The notes under the pieces were generated by a model. It searched no databases and was not told the origin of the DNA. It was given only the letters and a program-made list of their open reading frames with translations. Shown in pieces: positions 52,487 through 64,000 of a stretch of DNA of 64,000 nucleotides. The stretch is from Octopus sinensis (lineage: Eukaryota), in assembly GCF_006345805.1 (NCBI RefSeq), contig NC_042998.1, forward strand, positions 48,422,001-48,486,000, given 5' to 3'. Positions within the stretch are counted from its first letter, which is position 1; every line of letters begins with the position of its first letter. The translations under genes were made by a program, and so were the position numbers.

Positions 52487-52631
52487 ATAGGGACATTTTC
52501 TTCTAAACGGCAATGCATCAGCATGGCCGCAGCTCTGGGCTGAAACTAGAGTGAAAAAAAAAGCCAACGAGCCAGTCAGGCAGACAGACAGACAGATGCA
52601 CAGAAAGACAGACAGACAAAACGATAAACAT

Positions 52632-52684
<53 letters not shown>

Positions 52685-54014
52685 AAGGTAGGTAGGTAGG
52701 TAGGTAGGTAGGTAGGTAGGTAGGTAAGTAGGTAGATATGTAGGTAGATAGGTAGGTAGGTAGGTAGGTAGGTAGGTACGTATGTACGTGGATGGATAGA
52801 TAGATTGATTGACTGACTGATTGTTTGCCGTCCCTACCCCCGTCATGCATGTGTATCTTGTATAGACATGTATGACTTTCACTTGTTTGTTCGATCAGCG
52901 TTAACGCGGAACTAAACAGAATTCATCCGAGACTCTTTATATGCAATATATATTGTCCTATATATGCAATGAAAATTTCATAGATCAGATGCTCTTGGCT
53001 AGAACACGTTTGATCATATCTCTACTACAACAGGACTGTCGTGGTCAGCAATAACAAACACATACCACGTTGGAAATCAAAAAATGAGCTAAGTAACAAC
53101 ACATATGAGGTCCGACAAAGAAAATGTGTACAGAAATCACAATCGACATAGCATCAAGAAATCAGCATAGATTATATCAATACTCGCATAAACTAGTCAT
53201 AGAAGCAGTTAAACTCCCTATAGTATTTTTGTATGAAACTCAGTTATACGACACTCAGTTCAGTAGCCAGAAATTTCAGTTAACACGCTCCCTGTCTATC
53301 TCATAATATAATAATGAGCGTAGTATATATTTTTAAATATATATTTGTATGTATATATATTTATCCAGAATCACGCCGGACGCGGAAGAGCTGAGAAAAT
53401 AGTAATTCGGTGAAGGAGAAGTAGTGAGAATAATAGCCCTGACAGAGAGGGACTGAGAGAAAATAATAGCAATGAGAGAAAAGAAGGGGTGATAGAAGAA
53501 TAAGGAAGGAAGGAGTGAAAAACCCAGCGTTTCAACTCTGTGTGAGTATATGTGTGTATTTGTGTGCGTGTACAAGGGAAGTATGTGAATGTATATATGT
53601 GTGAATATTATGTACTTTATTTTGTACCTTATTTATATATGTTATTTATATATAAAATGATACAATTAGCTGTCATTATTGATGGCACGTGGTAGGTTAG
53701 TTTTACGTAATGTCTCACAAGAACCCTACACGTTATGTTTTTTTTTCTTGGGTCCCTTCTGTTTTGGTTCCTTTCGTCTTTTCTTTCCCTTCCATTTTTT
53801 TTATCCTGAGCTATTCACTTGGATTCGAAGAAGTACTGTTTCCGAAACGTAACTTTTCCTTTATGACTTTAAATCTTTCCATTCTTCCTTGGACGTCAAG
53901 CAAATAATATTAACAGGGAACGTCACTCGTGCTTTTGTTTGTATTACTTTTTGGTTTATATAAATATACATACATGTATATATATATGTATATATATATA
54001 TATAAATATATATG

Positions 54015-54046
<32 letters not shown>

Positions 54047-54072
54047 ATATATTATATATATATATATATATG

Positions 54073-54104
<32 letters not shown>

Positions 54105-54135
54105 TATATATTATATATATATATATATATATATC

Positions 54136-54167
<32 letters not shown>

Positions 54168-54330
54168 TATATGTATATACCGATAGAGCTTCCGCGGGGT
54201 TTTGAAATTAACTCAGCTGGAAAATTACCATCTGGCTCTTGGGGTCCTGTAGCAGAGTGTACTCTATTTTAGGCAGATATAGTGTCGGAAGATAGCATCG
54301 TTAATTTACAATCCTCAGACAGACAGACAT

Positions 54331-54362
<32 letters not shown>

Positions 54363-54364
54363 GC

Positions 54365-54454
<90 letters not shown>

Positions 54455-54455
54455 T

Positions 54456-54518
<63 letters not shown>

Positions 54519-54524
54519 TCATTC

Positions 54525-54555
<31 letters not shown>

Positions 54556-55499
54556 TCCCATATATATTTGCTTATATACATACATGCGTACGTACATCCG
54601 TACGCACATACATAAATATATGTATGCTTATGTATGCGTATTTACATTACCAGTTCTTCAGCTATGTTTGTCCTGAAATGCCATTATAAACAGTGGATTG
54701 GCAGAAAATTGTAGAGAGCCGGAGCAAACGCCAAAAAGTATTTAATTTCGTCTCACAAAGTTATGACTTCAAACCTCACCGGGATCGACTTTGCTATTCA
54801 TCCTTCTCTGGGTCGATAAAATAAATATCAGGCATTCAAAAGAATCGATTCAAATGACTATATATTTTCCTTGCAAATGTGTGTCCTTTGCAAATAACAC
54901 CAGCACCATTATTCTTATCAACGCCATTACCACCCTACCATCGACGTTCTGTATATAACTAAACTATCTTCAACAATACAAGATCTTTAACAGTAGTTTG
55001 ATCATCATCAGCAAATAATGATAAGGTCAGGACCAACGTTGTAAGCAACATTATCGCTGACAGTATCATAAAAAAAATTATCACCAACATAAAATTCTAT
55101 CATGAAAGCGAAACGCTTGCTTCAACATCGATTCTTTGAGTAGCACTATTCATCGTCAGCGTTACCATAGAAGGTGATGGATTGGCAGAAAAAGCAGAGC
55201 GTTGAACAAGGAACTGCATATTATTGTGGTTAATGTGGCATTTAGAAATGTAAATTTTCGTTCTGAGTTCAAATCCTGCCGAAGTTGATATTGATTTTCA
55301 TCCTTCTGGGCCTACTACCCTCCATGGGTTACAACGAAGAGTGTTCCAGTTGGTCAGATCAACGGAACGCTCTGCTCGTGAAATTAACGTGCAAGTGGCT
55401 GAGCACTCCGTGTAGACACCCATACCCTCAGCGTAGTTCTCAGGGAGACTGAGCGCGATAGAGATGGTCCTTTGAATTACGGGTAAAACTCAGTTTTGC

Positions 55500-55612
55500 C
55501 AGTTGAAATGACTGGAGCAACGTGAAATAAAAAATGTCTTGCACAAGGACACAACGCGCCGCCAGGAATCGAACTCACGATCATGAACCGAATATCCTAA
55601 CCACCAAACTAC
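55500..55612 (-). mobile_element. Decayed tRNA-derived SINE head with TGTGTCCTTG..CAAGAC core
   Basis: Minus strand GGTGGTTAGG..GAGTTCGATTCCTGG..TTGTGTCCTTGTGCAAGACA. Confidence 0.4.
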
Positions 55613-55893
55613 GCATCATCATATCCTTCAGGATGGCTGATAGTATAAATATCAGTTTAGTAGCGAGGTAGATTTAATCGACATTCACAGCTCTCACCTT
55701 GTGCTAGTGTTTCAAATAAATGTTATAATCAACGCCAATGTTGACGTTAACACTAACGTTATATGCAATATTATAAACGAACTCAAAGGCAACATCGAGG
55801 TAGAAACGGATTAAATGCATGGCGGTATTTAGTTATGTTTCTTATGTTCTAAATTTTAAAAATAAAAGTATTGGAATCAACTTTACCATTTAT

Positions 55894-55934
<41 letters not shown>

Positions 55935-55935
55935 T

Positions 55936-55980
<45 letters not shown>

Positions 55981-56096
55981 TAAATAAATGGAGTTTAACG
56001 CCCTGGTAACTATTGTGTTTCCGTGTTAATTGTTAACAAGGTAAAAATACACTCATCTATTATATATATCACAACTCGTGTTCACATCTCCTTTTT

Positions 56097-56130
<34 letters not shown>

Positions 56131-56345
56131 TAAATAAATAAAACATATGCATATATATAAACATATATGTACGTACCTACCTCTACATGTACATATACAC
56201 GCATATATGGGTACAGGACATTAAAAGGACGTCGAACACAATGAGAAACGAAAACATAGACACAAAACAAAGGAACTGGACATTTTTTAAAAACAGCAAA
56301 AAAAAATAGAGTACAGGACAATTAACACAAAGAACAAACCCCTTC

Positions 56346-56396
<51 letters not shown>

Positions 56397-56598
56397 GCAG
56401 TGCAAACTAATAACTGAAGCAAAAATACAGGCATATATAGTATGTATTGAACACATTCTTTATATCAATGGTGCTTATTGGTTTCAGTAAAATAAGACAC
56501 AAAATATATCCTAACAGAATTTGAACTCAAAACCTCAAGGACGGAATTGACACAGGGCTACAAATAAGTTAAGTACAAGCATACACAGTTTGCATTAA

Positions 56599-56819
56599 CC
56601 CTTTTGTTACTATATTTATTTTGAGATGTTCTGTGTTTCTTTCAATTACTTTAAATATAACAAAGAATTTAGTAAAACAACTTAGTTATCATTCAGCTGG
56701 TGTTAGGATCATAAAGTGTGACTAAGGTTTGGTGGAAGATTTTAATTCAAAATTTATGAAAACAAAACGTTTGTACTACAGAGCCAGAGACGGTTTCAGC
56801 CGGGTTGGTATCAAAAGGG
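56599..56819. mobile_element. piggyBac-type MITE, 221 bp
   Basis: TTAA|CCCTTTTGTTAC ... GGTATCAAAAGGG|TTAA. Confidence 0.8.
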
Positions 56820-58809
56820 TTAAGCTGACATGTTATATTATAGGTGTTTATCTTATTGACTCATATGATGATAAACGGGAGTCACGTAGGATTTGATCTC
56901 AAAAAAACAGGAAAGGAGTTAAGTTTAATACTCCAGCACTCCTCACCTTTCGGAAATTATTATATTGAATAAAATATCAGTTGTTCAGACTCTACATTGG
57001 ATTATTCAACTGATCATAATCCAATTGATTTCGTTCCACTATCAACGTGTTACATTTTCCTTCACCGTCATCGCCGTCATTGGTGTCTTTACAGCTACTG
57101 CTGCTTTTGTCGTTATTCTTGTAGTCGTTGTGTTTCATGTTGTTGTTGTAAGTTAATTAATTCTACAGTCCCGTTTATTGCTTCCGACTGAACTTCCTTC
57201 ATCCTTTATTTCCTAAATTTCCTCTAATAAGCGTCACAGAAGCAGTATTAAATTTCAGTTATTTGCACAATTTTAGTTAATTTCGCTTCATAATTTGAAT
57301 AAACAAACACAGAATTAAAAAGAAAAGTGGAGAAATATTTGTTTCTGACGCATGGAAGAACTCATAAAATGCTTGAGTTACTAATTTGCACAGCATATAT
57401 AATATATAATATATGTATATATATATGACGGACGAAATACCGCTAAGTATTTTACCCGGCGTGCTAACGATTCTTCCAGCTCGCCGGCTTAATAATAATA
57501 ATGATGGTTTCAAATTTTGGCACAGGGCCAGCAGGTTCGGAGGAGAGGGTAAGTTGATTACATCGACCCCAGTAATTGACTGATACTTATTTTTTCGACC
57601 CCAAAGTGATGAAAGGCAAGGTCGACCTTGACAGAATTTGAAGTCAAAAACGTAAGACAGACGAAATACCGCTAAGCATCTTGTCCGGCGTGCTAATGAT
57701 GCTGCCTGCTCACCGCAATAAAAATGGATTCAAATTTTGGCACAGAGCCAGTAGCGTTTGAGAGGGAGGAGGAGGTCATTGCATCAACCCCATTCATTGG
57801 TTGGTACTTGTTTTATCGGCCCTGAAAGGATGAAAGTCAAAGTTGACATCAACGGAATCTTAACTCAGACCATAAAGACGGGCGAAATAATAATGGAGAT
57901 GATAATAAGGATGGTGGTGGTGGTGGTGGTGGTGGTCAGCACCAGCCTTACATATAGTGGATTGAAAGATAGGAGTAAAATTGAAGATAGAGCGTCTATA
58001 GAAAATAGCGTTGCTTGGAACAATACGAATCCATTGCAGAATTCTCGAAATCCGCTGGTTGTGGACATCTGATACTTTGTTACACCCACCAATGAAGTTG
58101 CTGATTTATACAGGATTAATAATAGTGATAACGTCTTTATCTGTCACAAGGGCAAAAACGAGGGAACATTGTAAGAAGAAATTTTTTAAATGGTGGTAAT
58201 TTTTAGGATCGATTACCAATTAGAAACATAAATAAAAGAGTAAAAAAAGAAACGCATAAGAAAGAACAGAATCAAATGTTCCATTCGATGACGATAATAT
58301 ATCTGTGATAACGAGAGAATTCCACTGATCCCAGAATACCTTTACTGCCCAGGTAAGTGACCTTTCAGAAATGTGTTACCCACTTAATCCACATATTGCT
58401 GCAAGTTGGCCCATGCCGCGTACCTAAGCGACGCGCAATTTCGCAATCAAAAGTGAATATATGTGCCAGGCGGGGAATAAATGAAAGGGTTAACTTACCC
58501 TCTAACCGAATGAACTGAGTATTTAGGTTTTCGGAGATCCCAAAAGGGCCTATGTAGCATCGCAGAAGCTGGTTTCTCTTTAAAATTCCTCTCGTCATGT
58601 GGGATTTTCAGCAGCTGCTGTCTGAAACTTCTAGTGTGGTCCTCACCAAAGGTAGGTCGGCTATCGACTTTTAGAGGATTCAGTCAATACCCTTCTCGCT
58701 TTTTATCTCTTTATCGTTTTATATTACGTACTCCGTCAAACATGCGTTTACCGTCCTCCGAACGGTAAAATTGTGGAGTATGTCTGGTGTTGTTATTATA
58801 ACACGTTAA

Positions 58810-59460
58810 ATGGTGACGAGCTTATAGAATCGTTAGCAGAGTTGACAAAATGTGGTATTTTTTCAAGCTTTATGTTCTGAGCACAAATTCGGCCGTGGTC
58901 AACTTTGCTTTTCATCCTTTCAGAATCGATAAAATAAAGTGCCATTTGGATACTAGGAAATCAGCTTAGCTCCTTCCTCCAAAATTTCAGCCCTTGTGCC
59001 AATAGTACAAAGAACTATTATAACATGTAAGATAAAATAGACTTAAACGATGTAATCTTAATATATAAAGTGAAATTTTACGTTCTGAGTTCAAATTCCA
59101 CCGAAGTTGACTTTACCTTTCATCCTTTCAGGGTCGATAAAATAAGTACCAGTTGAGCACTGGGGTCGATGTAATAGACTTATCCCACCCCATGAACTTG
59201 CGGGCCCTGCGCCAAAAGTTAAAACCAATATATAAAGTGAATTAAGGCGGTGAAGTGGCAGAGTTGTTAGCACGCCGGACAAAATTCTTAGCGGCATTTT
59301 GTCTGTTTCCATGTTCTGAGCTCAAATTCCGCCGAGGTTGACTTTGCCTTTCATCATTTCGGGATCGATAAAATAAGTACCAGTTGAGTACTGGAGTCGA
59401 TGTAATCGACTTAACCCTACCCCCGAAATTACTGGCCTTGTGACAAAATTCGAAATCAAT
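58810..59460 (+). mobile_element. Cluster of three same-orientation family A-related SINE copies
   Basis: Cores starting near 58810, 59080 and 59245. Confidence 0.7.
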
Positions 59461-59505
59461 ATATAAAGTAAATGTGCGTTTATAGAAAGGTACACACGCA
59501 TGTGT

Positions 59506-59568
<63 letters not shown>

Positions 59569-60283
59569 CGTGAGTGCGTGTGTGGGTGTGAGAGTGTGTA
59601 CACAAAGTTGTAGGTGAAAGTTATGCACCTAGGTAACTTAAATTTTGCATTGCACATATATTTTCAAGAAGATTTCGATATAGTTTTTTGGGGGGTAATT
59701 TGTTCTGTTTTTAGCTCCTGACAGCAAATATTAGAATATTTCATACCCCGAAGCACTGTAAAAGATATCGGAAAAAAGTCTGAAATCTGAAAACGTTTTA
59801 TCGGGCGCACAAGGAATTAATGACAGAATAAAAAAAAAACATGTGTACATGTATATGTGTGTGAGAGAGAGAGAATGTGGGTGTGTGTGCGAGTGTGTGT
59901 AAGTGCGTGTGATGCTTAAATGTGTGTATATGTGAGTGCTTCAGTGTGTGTGTGAGTGCGTATATGAGTGTGCGTTCGGAAACAGGAAAACCGGATGAAA
60001 AGGTAAAGAATGAGTGCGTGCGTGAAGAGGGCATGTAGATGTTGGAGATAAGGAACGTAATTAAAAATGATGTTAAGAACGAAGCATGCACTGCAACGGA
60101 GTGAGTGGTTAAGCGTGAGAGAGAAAAAGTACAAAGTGAGAGAGAGAGAGAGAAATGAAACAAATAAATAAACAAAAAAAAAACCAAACAAAGATGAGAT
60201 ATATAGAAACTCTTGTTGGAAAGATGTCTTAAACAGATGACACTGTGTCACGTGACCAACAGAGAAGTGGGAGAAAAAAAACA

Positions 60284-60409
60284 TTCTATTTACATTATTT
60301 ACATATGACGGATATTTGTCCTCATCTTTGTTAACACAACGTTTCGGCTGATATACCCTCCAGCCTTCATCGAACGTGGGTTCTCATTCCTAAGGTATTT
60401 TTCGATGTT

Positions 60410-60465
<56 letters not shown>
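60284..60465 (-). mobile_element. SINE family D, inverted headless partner
   Basis: Reverse complement of the family D tail; the deletion GTTC|GATGAAGG removes stem I 5' strand and C3U4; ends in (TAA)n. Confidence 0.8.
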
Positions 60466-60471
60466 CATCAA

Positions 60472-60732
60472 GCGTAGTGGTTAAGAGCGCGGGCTACTAA
60501 CCCCAAGATTCTGAGTTCAATTTTAGGCAGTGACCTGAATAATGATAATAATAATAATAATAACATCGAAAAATACCTTAGGAATGAGAACCCAGGTTCG
60601 AAATTTCCCCATGACACCTGATGAAGGCTGGAGGGTATATCAACCGAAACGTTGTGTTAGCAACAAACAAGATGAGGACAAATATCCGTCAAATGTAAAT
60701 AATGTTCATAATTCCTCATCTCTTAAATATAC
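60472..60732 (+). mobile_element. SINE family D, direct copy with intact ribozyme core
   Basis: tRNA head GCGTAGTGGTTAAG..GAGTTCAATT, (TAA)n, tail with CTGATGA..GAAACGTT. Confidence 0.82.
60613..60658 (+). ncRNA. Minimal type I hammerhead ribozyme motif (Penelope-type, palindromic stem III)
   Basis: Stem I GACAC(60613-17)/GTGTT(60654-58); CTGATGA 60618-24; extra A; stem II GGCTG/CAACC (CAGCC in other copies); GAAA 60646-49; palindrome AACGTT; predicted cleavage after GTT at 60653. Confidence 0.7.
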
Positions 60733-61130
60733 AACATTTTATTTGTCTATTACTTAACATTTCTCTTCCGATACCGATGTTGTGAACTACTTTTGACACA
60801 AGTTATACATTAAATGTCTATAAAAGAAAACAGGAACTAGTATTGGTCCGTTGTTCAAAGGCATGTCATTGTGTGTATGTGTGTGTGACAAAAAAGAGAT
60901 GGCTGAATGATTAAAAAGTTCGCTTTGCAATCATAAGATCTCAGGTTCGGTACCACTGTACTGCGTTCATAGTAAGTATATTTTTAACACAGTATCGAGG
61001 TGACAGAAGCCTTGTGAATAAAATTTGGCAAACATACTTTGGAGGAATTTCATCGGTTGGTTCACAGTTGTTATTCAAAGAGGCAGTATCATGCTGAATC
61101 TGCCAACGGATGGTATTAACCCTTTGTGAG

Positions 61131-61365
61131 GGCGGCGAGCTGGCAGAATCGTTAGCGCGCCGGGTGAAATGCTTAGCGGCAGTTCGTCTGCCGCTACGTT
61201 CTGAGTTCAAATTCCGCCGAGGTCGACTTTGGCTTTCATCCTTTCGGGGTCGATTAAATAAGTACCAGTTACGCCCTGGGGTCGATATAATCAACTTAAT
61301 CCGTTTGTCTGTCATTGTTTGTCCCCTCTGCGTTTAGCCCGTTGTGGGTAGTAAAGAAATAGGTA
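61131..61365 (+). mobile_element. SINE family A, full length
   Basis: Near-consensus copy. Confidence 0.85.
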
Positions 61366-61730
61366 TCAACCCTTTGGTGTGTATCACAAGTAATACACAG
61401 GTAATATTTCTTTGTATTCATGCATTATCTACGATACACATTCCCAAATTTTTTCCAGCTTCTAGAGTAATGTGGGACTTATGAAAAGAAAATTTCATAT
61501 TACTCAGAACGTATAAAACAAGTGCTAATTAAAAGCCCGAAAATGAGCATGGACGTGTAGGACAAACTCGTGAAAACACCTTGGACACATACATCGATCT
61601 ATGAAGTACTAAACCACTTTCATAAAAATTCAACGACTACGTCGTTCTTCCAGAGTGGACAACTGAATCAGTCATCGCTGTAATCGACGGAGTTTCCATT
61701 TACTTTTTTAATGTGTATTGCGAACATGCA

Positions 61731-61776
<46 letters not shown>

Positions 61777-62354
61777 GTGTGTGTGTGTGTGTTTGTGTGT
61801 AGCCCGATGCTATTAAACAGAAAGTGAACTGTAATGTTAGTCTTATGATCCACAACTAACTTAGGTTATAATTAATAATGATTTTACCTTCTTTATACTA
61901 CATTAAACACAGATGCTAGAATTTATTGGAACTTAAATGAAATCTTTGAAAATGTATAAACTCATCCATCGAGTCGAAGGTCACTCTCTACACATTTACA
62001 GAATTTCGTACATAAATTAGTTCAGACGCAGCTCAACCATCTGTAAAATATTTTCAGCTGACTGCATTATAGGATTTGATGGAGTATGGAATGTGGAAGG
62101 ACCTGATAGGAGCATTGACTTCGATTTTCAGTCTCAGACGATTCAGAGCTGAAGCATATTTGTAGGAAATTAATAGTTAGCATAAACGAGAGTACGATAT
62201 GGCTATTTAACTAATTTGTATAATTAGAAAGATTATTGAGCCTAAGTCAAAAGAAATTATGATACAGTAATAAGTGCTTCTAATACAAACGGACACAAGA
62301 CTAAAAACTTGAGGAAGGGTTAACTCGATTAAATCATCGCTAGTACTTGACTAG

Positions 62355-62560
62355 TCTATTATATAAAATCCGTCTGTCAGTCTGTGTATCTTCTAGGATC
62401 TCGGGCATCCTCCATCCGATTGCGCTCAAATTTGATATGTAGATACCGACGGTATCAGGGCGTATATCAGTTTTGAAAAAATTACAAAAATCGATTCCAG
62501 GTGAGAATGCGATCGATAAAGACGTGGGAACGTGCATTTGTACGCGCAAGTACATCAGTC
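62355..62560 (+). mobile_element. Non-autonomous Helitron-like element
   Basis: Starts TCTATTATATAAAA..GTCTGTCAGTCTGTGT..CCGATTGCGCTCAAATTT, typical of Helitron 5' ends; weak hairpin TGTAC-GCGCAA-GTACA then TCAG|T instead of CTAG. Confidence 0.45.
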
Positions 62561-62884
62561 GAAATCTGTTTTTTGCTGGTGTCTCAAATTTAGGTTAAAT
62601 CAGTGTTTCTCAAAGGGGAGGCCTATGGGACGATCGGACAAGTTGTTTTGAGAAAATTTGGTTTAAATATTTGACAACTCAGCACTGTCCATTGGACGAG
62701 GGACGTTTTGCTCGTATTGTATATTTATCGACTCCTAGGGAAGGGAGGTGAAGGCAAATATGACGTGTGATTTGAACTCGAGACAGAAAACTCCGGAGCA
62801 AAATTCCACAGGGCAGCTTGTTCAACACTCTATTCTTCCAATCCACCCCTCCTTTTTCTAATAAAGTAATAATTTCTCAGTATA

Positions 62885-63009
62885 TAAAGGGGTGCTGAAA
62901 AGTTCCTGACTTCGGATAAAAGAAAATACTGGAGGACCAGTTATGATTTAATTCAACATCTCAGATATACACACTTATTGCTACGATCCTTCAGTTTTTC
63001 TAAGCCCTG
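62885..63009. mobile_element. Truncated mariner-type MITE end
   Basis: TA-AAGGGGTGCTGAAAAGTTCCTG terminus; same family as 25137-25335; breaks off at CTAAGCCCTG. Confidence 0.6.
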
Positions 63010-63265
63010 AGATGCCCTTAGATGTCCGGGGCCGCACGCGCGCTACACTGGAGGTATCAGCGGGCGCATCTCTCCCGGCCCGAGAGGGTCGGGAAACCTC
63101 TGAACGACATCCCGTGATAGGGATCGGGTCCTGGAACCAACCCCCGTGAACTAAGAATTCCCGGTAGGCACGGGTCATCAGCCTGCGTCGATCAGGTCCC
63201 TGCCCTTTGTAAACATCGCCCGTCGCTATTACCGATCGGTGAGGTCCTCGGATCCGGCCGACGAG
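63010..63265 (+). pseudogene. Isolated 18S rRNA 3'-region fragment (pseudogene)
   Basis: Contains GATGCCCTTAGATGTCCGGGGCCGCACGCGCGCTACACTG and GTCCCTGCCCTTTGTAAACATCGCCCGTCGCTATTACCGAT, matching conserved 18S blocks with substitutions in normally invariant positions; no other rDNA nearby. Confidence 0.9.
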
Positions 63266-63266
63266 T

Positions 63267-63480
63267 CTACCCACAAGGGGCTAAATACAGAGAGGACAAA
63301 CAAGGACAGACAAACGGATTAAGTCGATTATATCGACCTCAGTGCGTAACTGGTACTTATTTAGTCGACCCCGAAAGGATGAAAGGCAAAGTCGACCTCG
63401 GCAGAATTTGAACTCAGAACGTAGCTGCAGACGAAATACCATTTCGCCAGGCGTGCTAACGTTTCTGCCAGCTCGCCACC
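63267..63480 (-). mobile_element. SINE family A, tail joined to the 18S fragment
   Basis: Normal tail GGTAG-TAAAGAAATAG is cut after GGTAG and abuts the 18S sequence. Confidence 0.85.
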
Positions 63481-64000
63481 CTCTCGTAGGATAAAATATT
63501 GACAGACATAAGTGGGTTCAGTTCACAGTTGTGGATTACCTCCAAACCAGCCATGGCAGAGAAAACCGATGATCAAAAACATTTGCTCTATGACCATCCT
63601 GTTTAATCACAAGTATGGGTTAGACCACGTTTTCGAATACGTTCTTACCTTTCCCAAGACGGTATGGTGTAGTTTGATGACTACTTGACTGCTATTTCTA
63701 GCAGATCGAGCGAACTATAAAGGCTCTCTTGTTTTGTTAAGTTAATAGTGGAAGCAACAGATAAGCCAGAATTTAAACTGTTTTACGCCAAATAGTACAA
63801 CAAAGGAGAGGCTAAAAACTGGTCTTGAAATTACATAGTATTCAATTCGATGATCTACCACCTCGTCCTTCTCCACCGCTTCTACACCAGGAAAATTGGC
63901 ACAAGTCCATAAACTAGGTAAAAAGGGGGACAATCGATTATATCGACCACAGTGTCTTAATAGTACATTTTTTAAAAATCCAATCGGGAATGATGAAAGG

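Noticed and set aside
53820-53855. TCGAAGAAG...CCGAAACGTA hammerhead-like remnant
   Set aside because: Core CU and stems I/II do not pair; at most a decayed PLE repeat.
61990-62170. Open frames DCIIGFDGVWNVEGPDRSIDFDF / MEYGMWKDLIGALTSIF
   Set aside because: Short, unrecognised, no supporting splice partner.
63010-63265. Functional rDNA unit or contaminant rRNA
   Set aside because: Only a ~255-bp fragment with changes in invariant positions, fused to host repeats on both sides.

Overview
AT-rich, repeat-saturated eukaryotic genomic DNA. The SINE families and the divergent 18S-like fragment point to an octopod cephalopod (inferred from recognition, not a database search). I found no confidently identifiable host protein-coding gene. 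Almost every ORF in the supplied track is a microsatellite translation or a decayed transposon frame. The window holds four recurrent tRNA-derived SINE families (called A-D here). It also holds relics of Tx1/L1, I-like, RTE, CR1 and R4/Dong-like (RLE) non-LTR retrotransposons, a DD36E-spaced Tc1, a mariner, a Chapaev-like relic, hAT/piggyBac/mariner MITEs, a Helitron-like end, a tRNA-Arg-derived pseudogene and an isolated 18S rRNA fragment. The most interesting observation is SINE family D. It joins a tRNA-like Pol III head to a tail containing a minimal Penelope-type hammerhead ribozyme, and both loci (18.6-19.1 kb and 60.3-60.7 kb) are head-to-head inverted pairs. This suggests a ribozyme-bearing SINE mobilised by Penelope-like elements. 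Boundaries of decayed elements are approximate (tens of bp).
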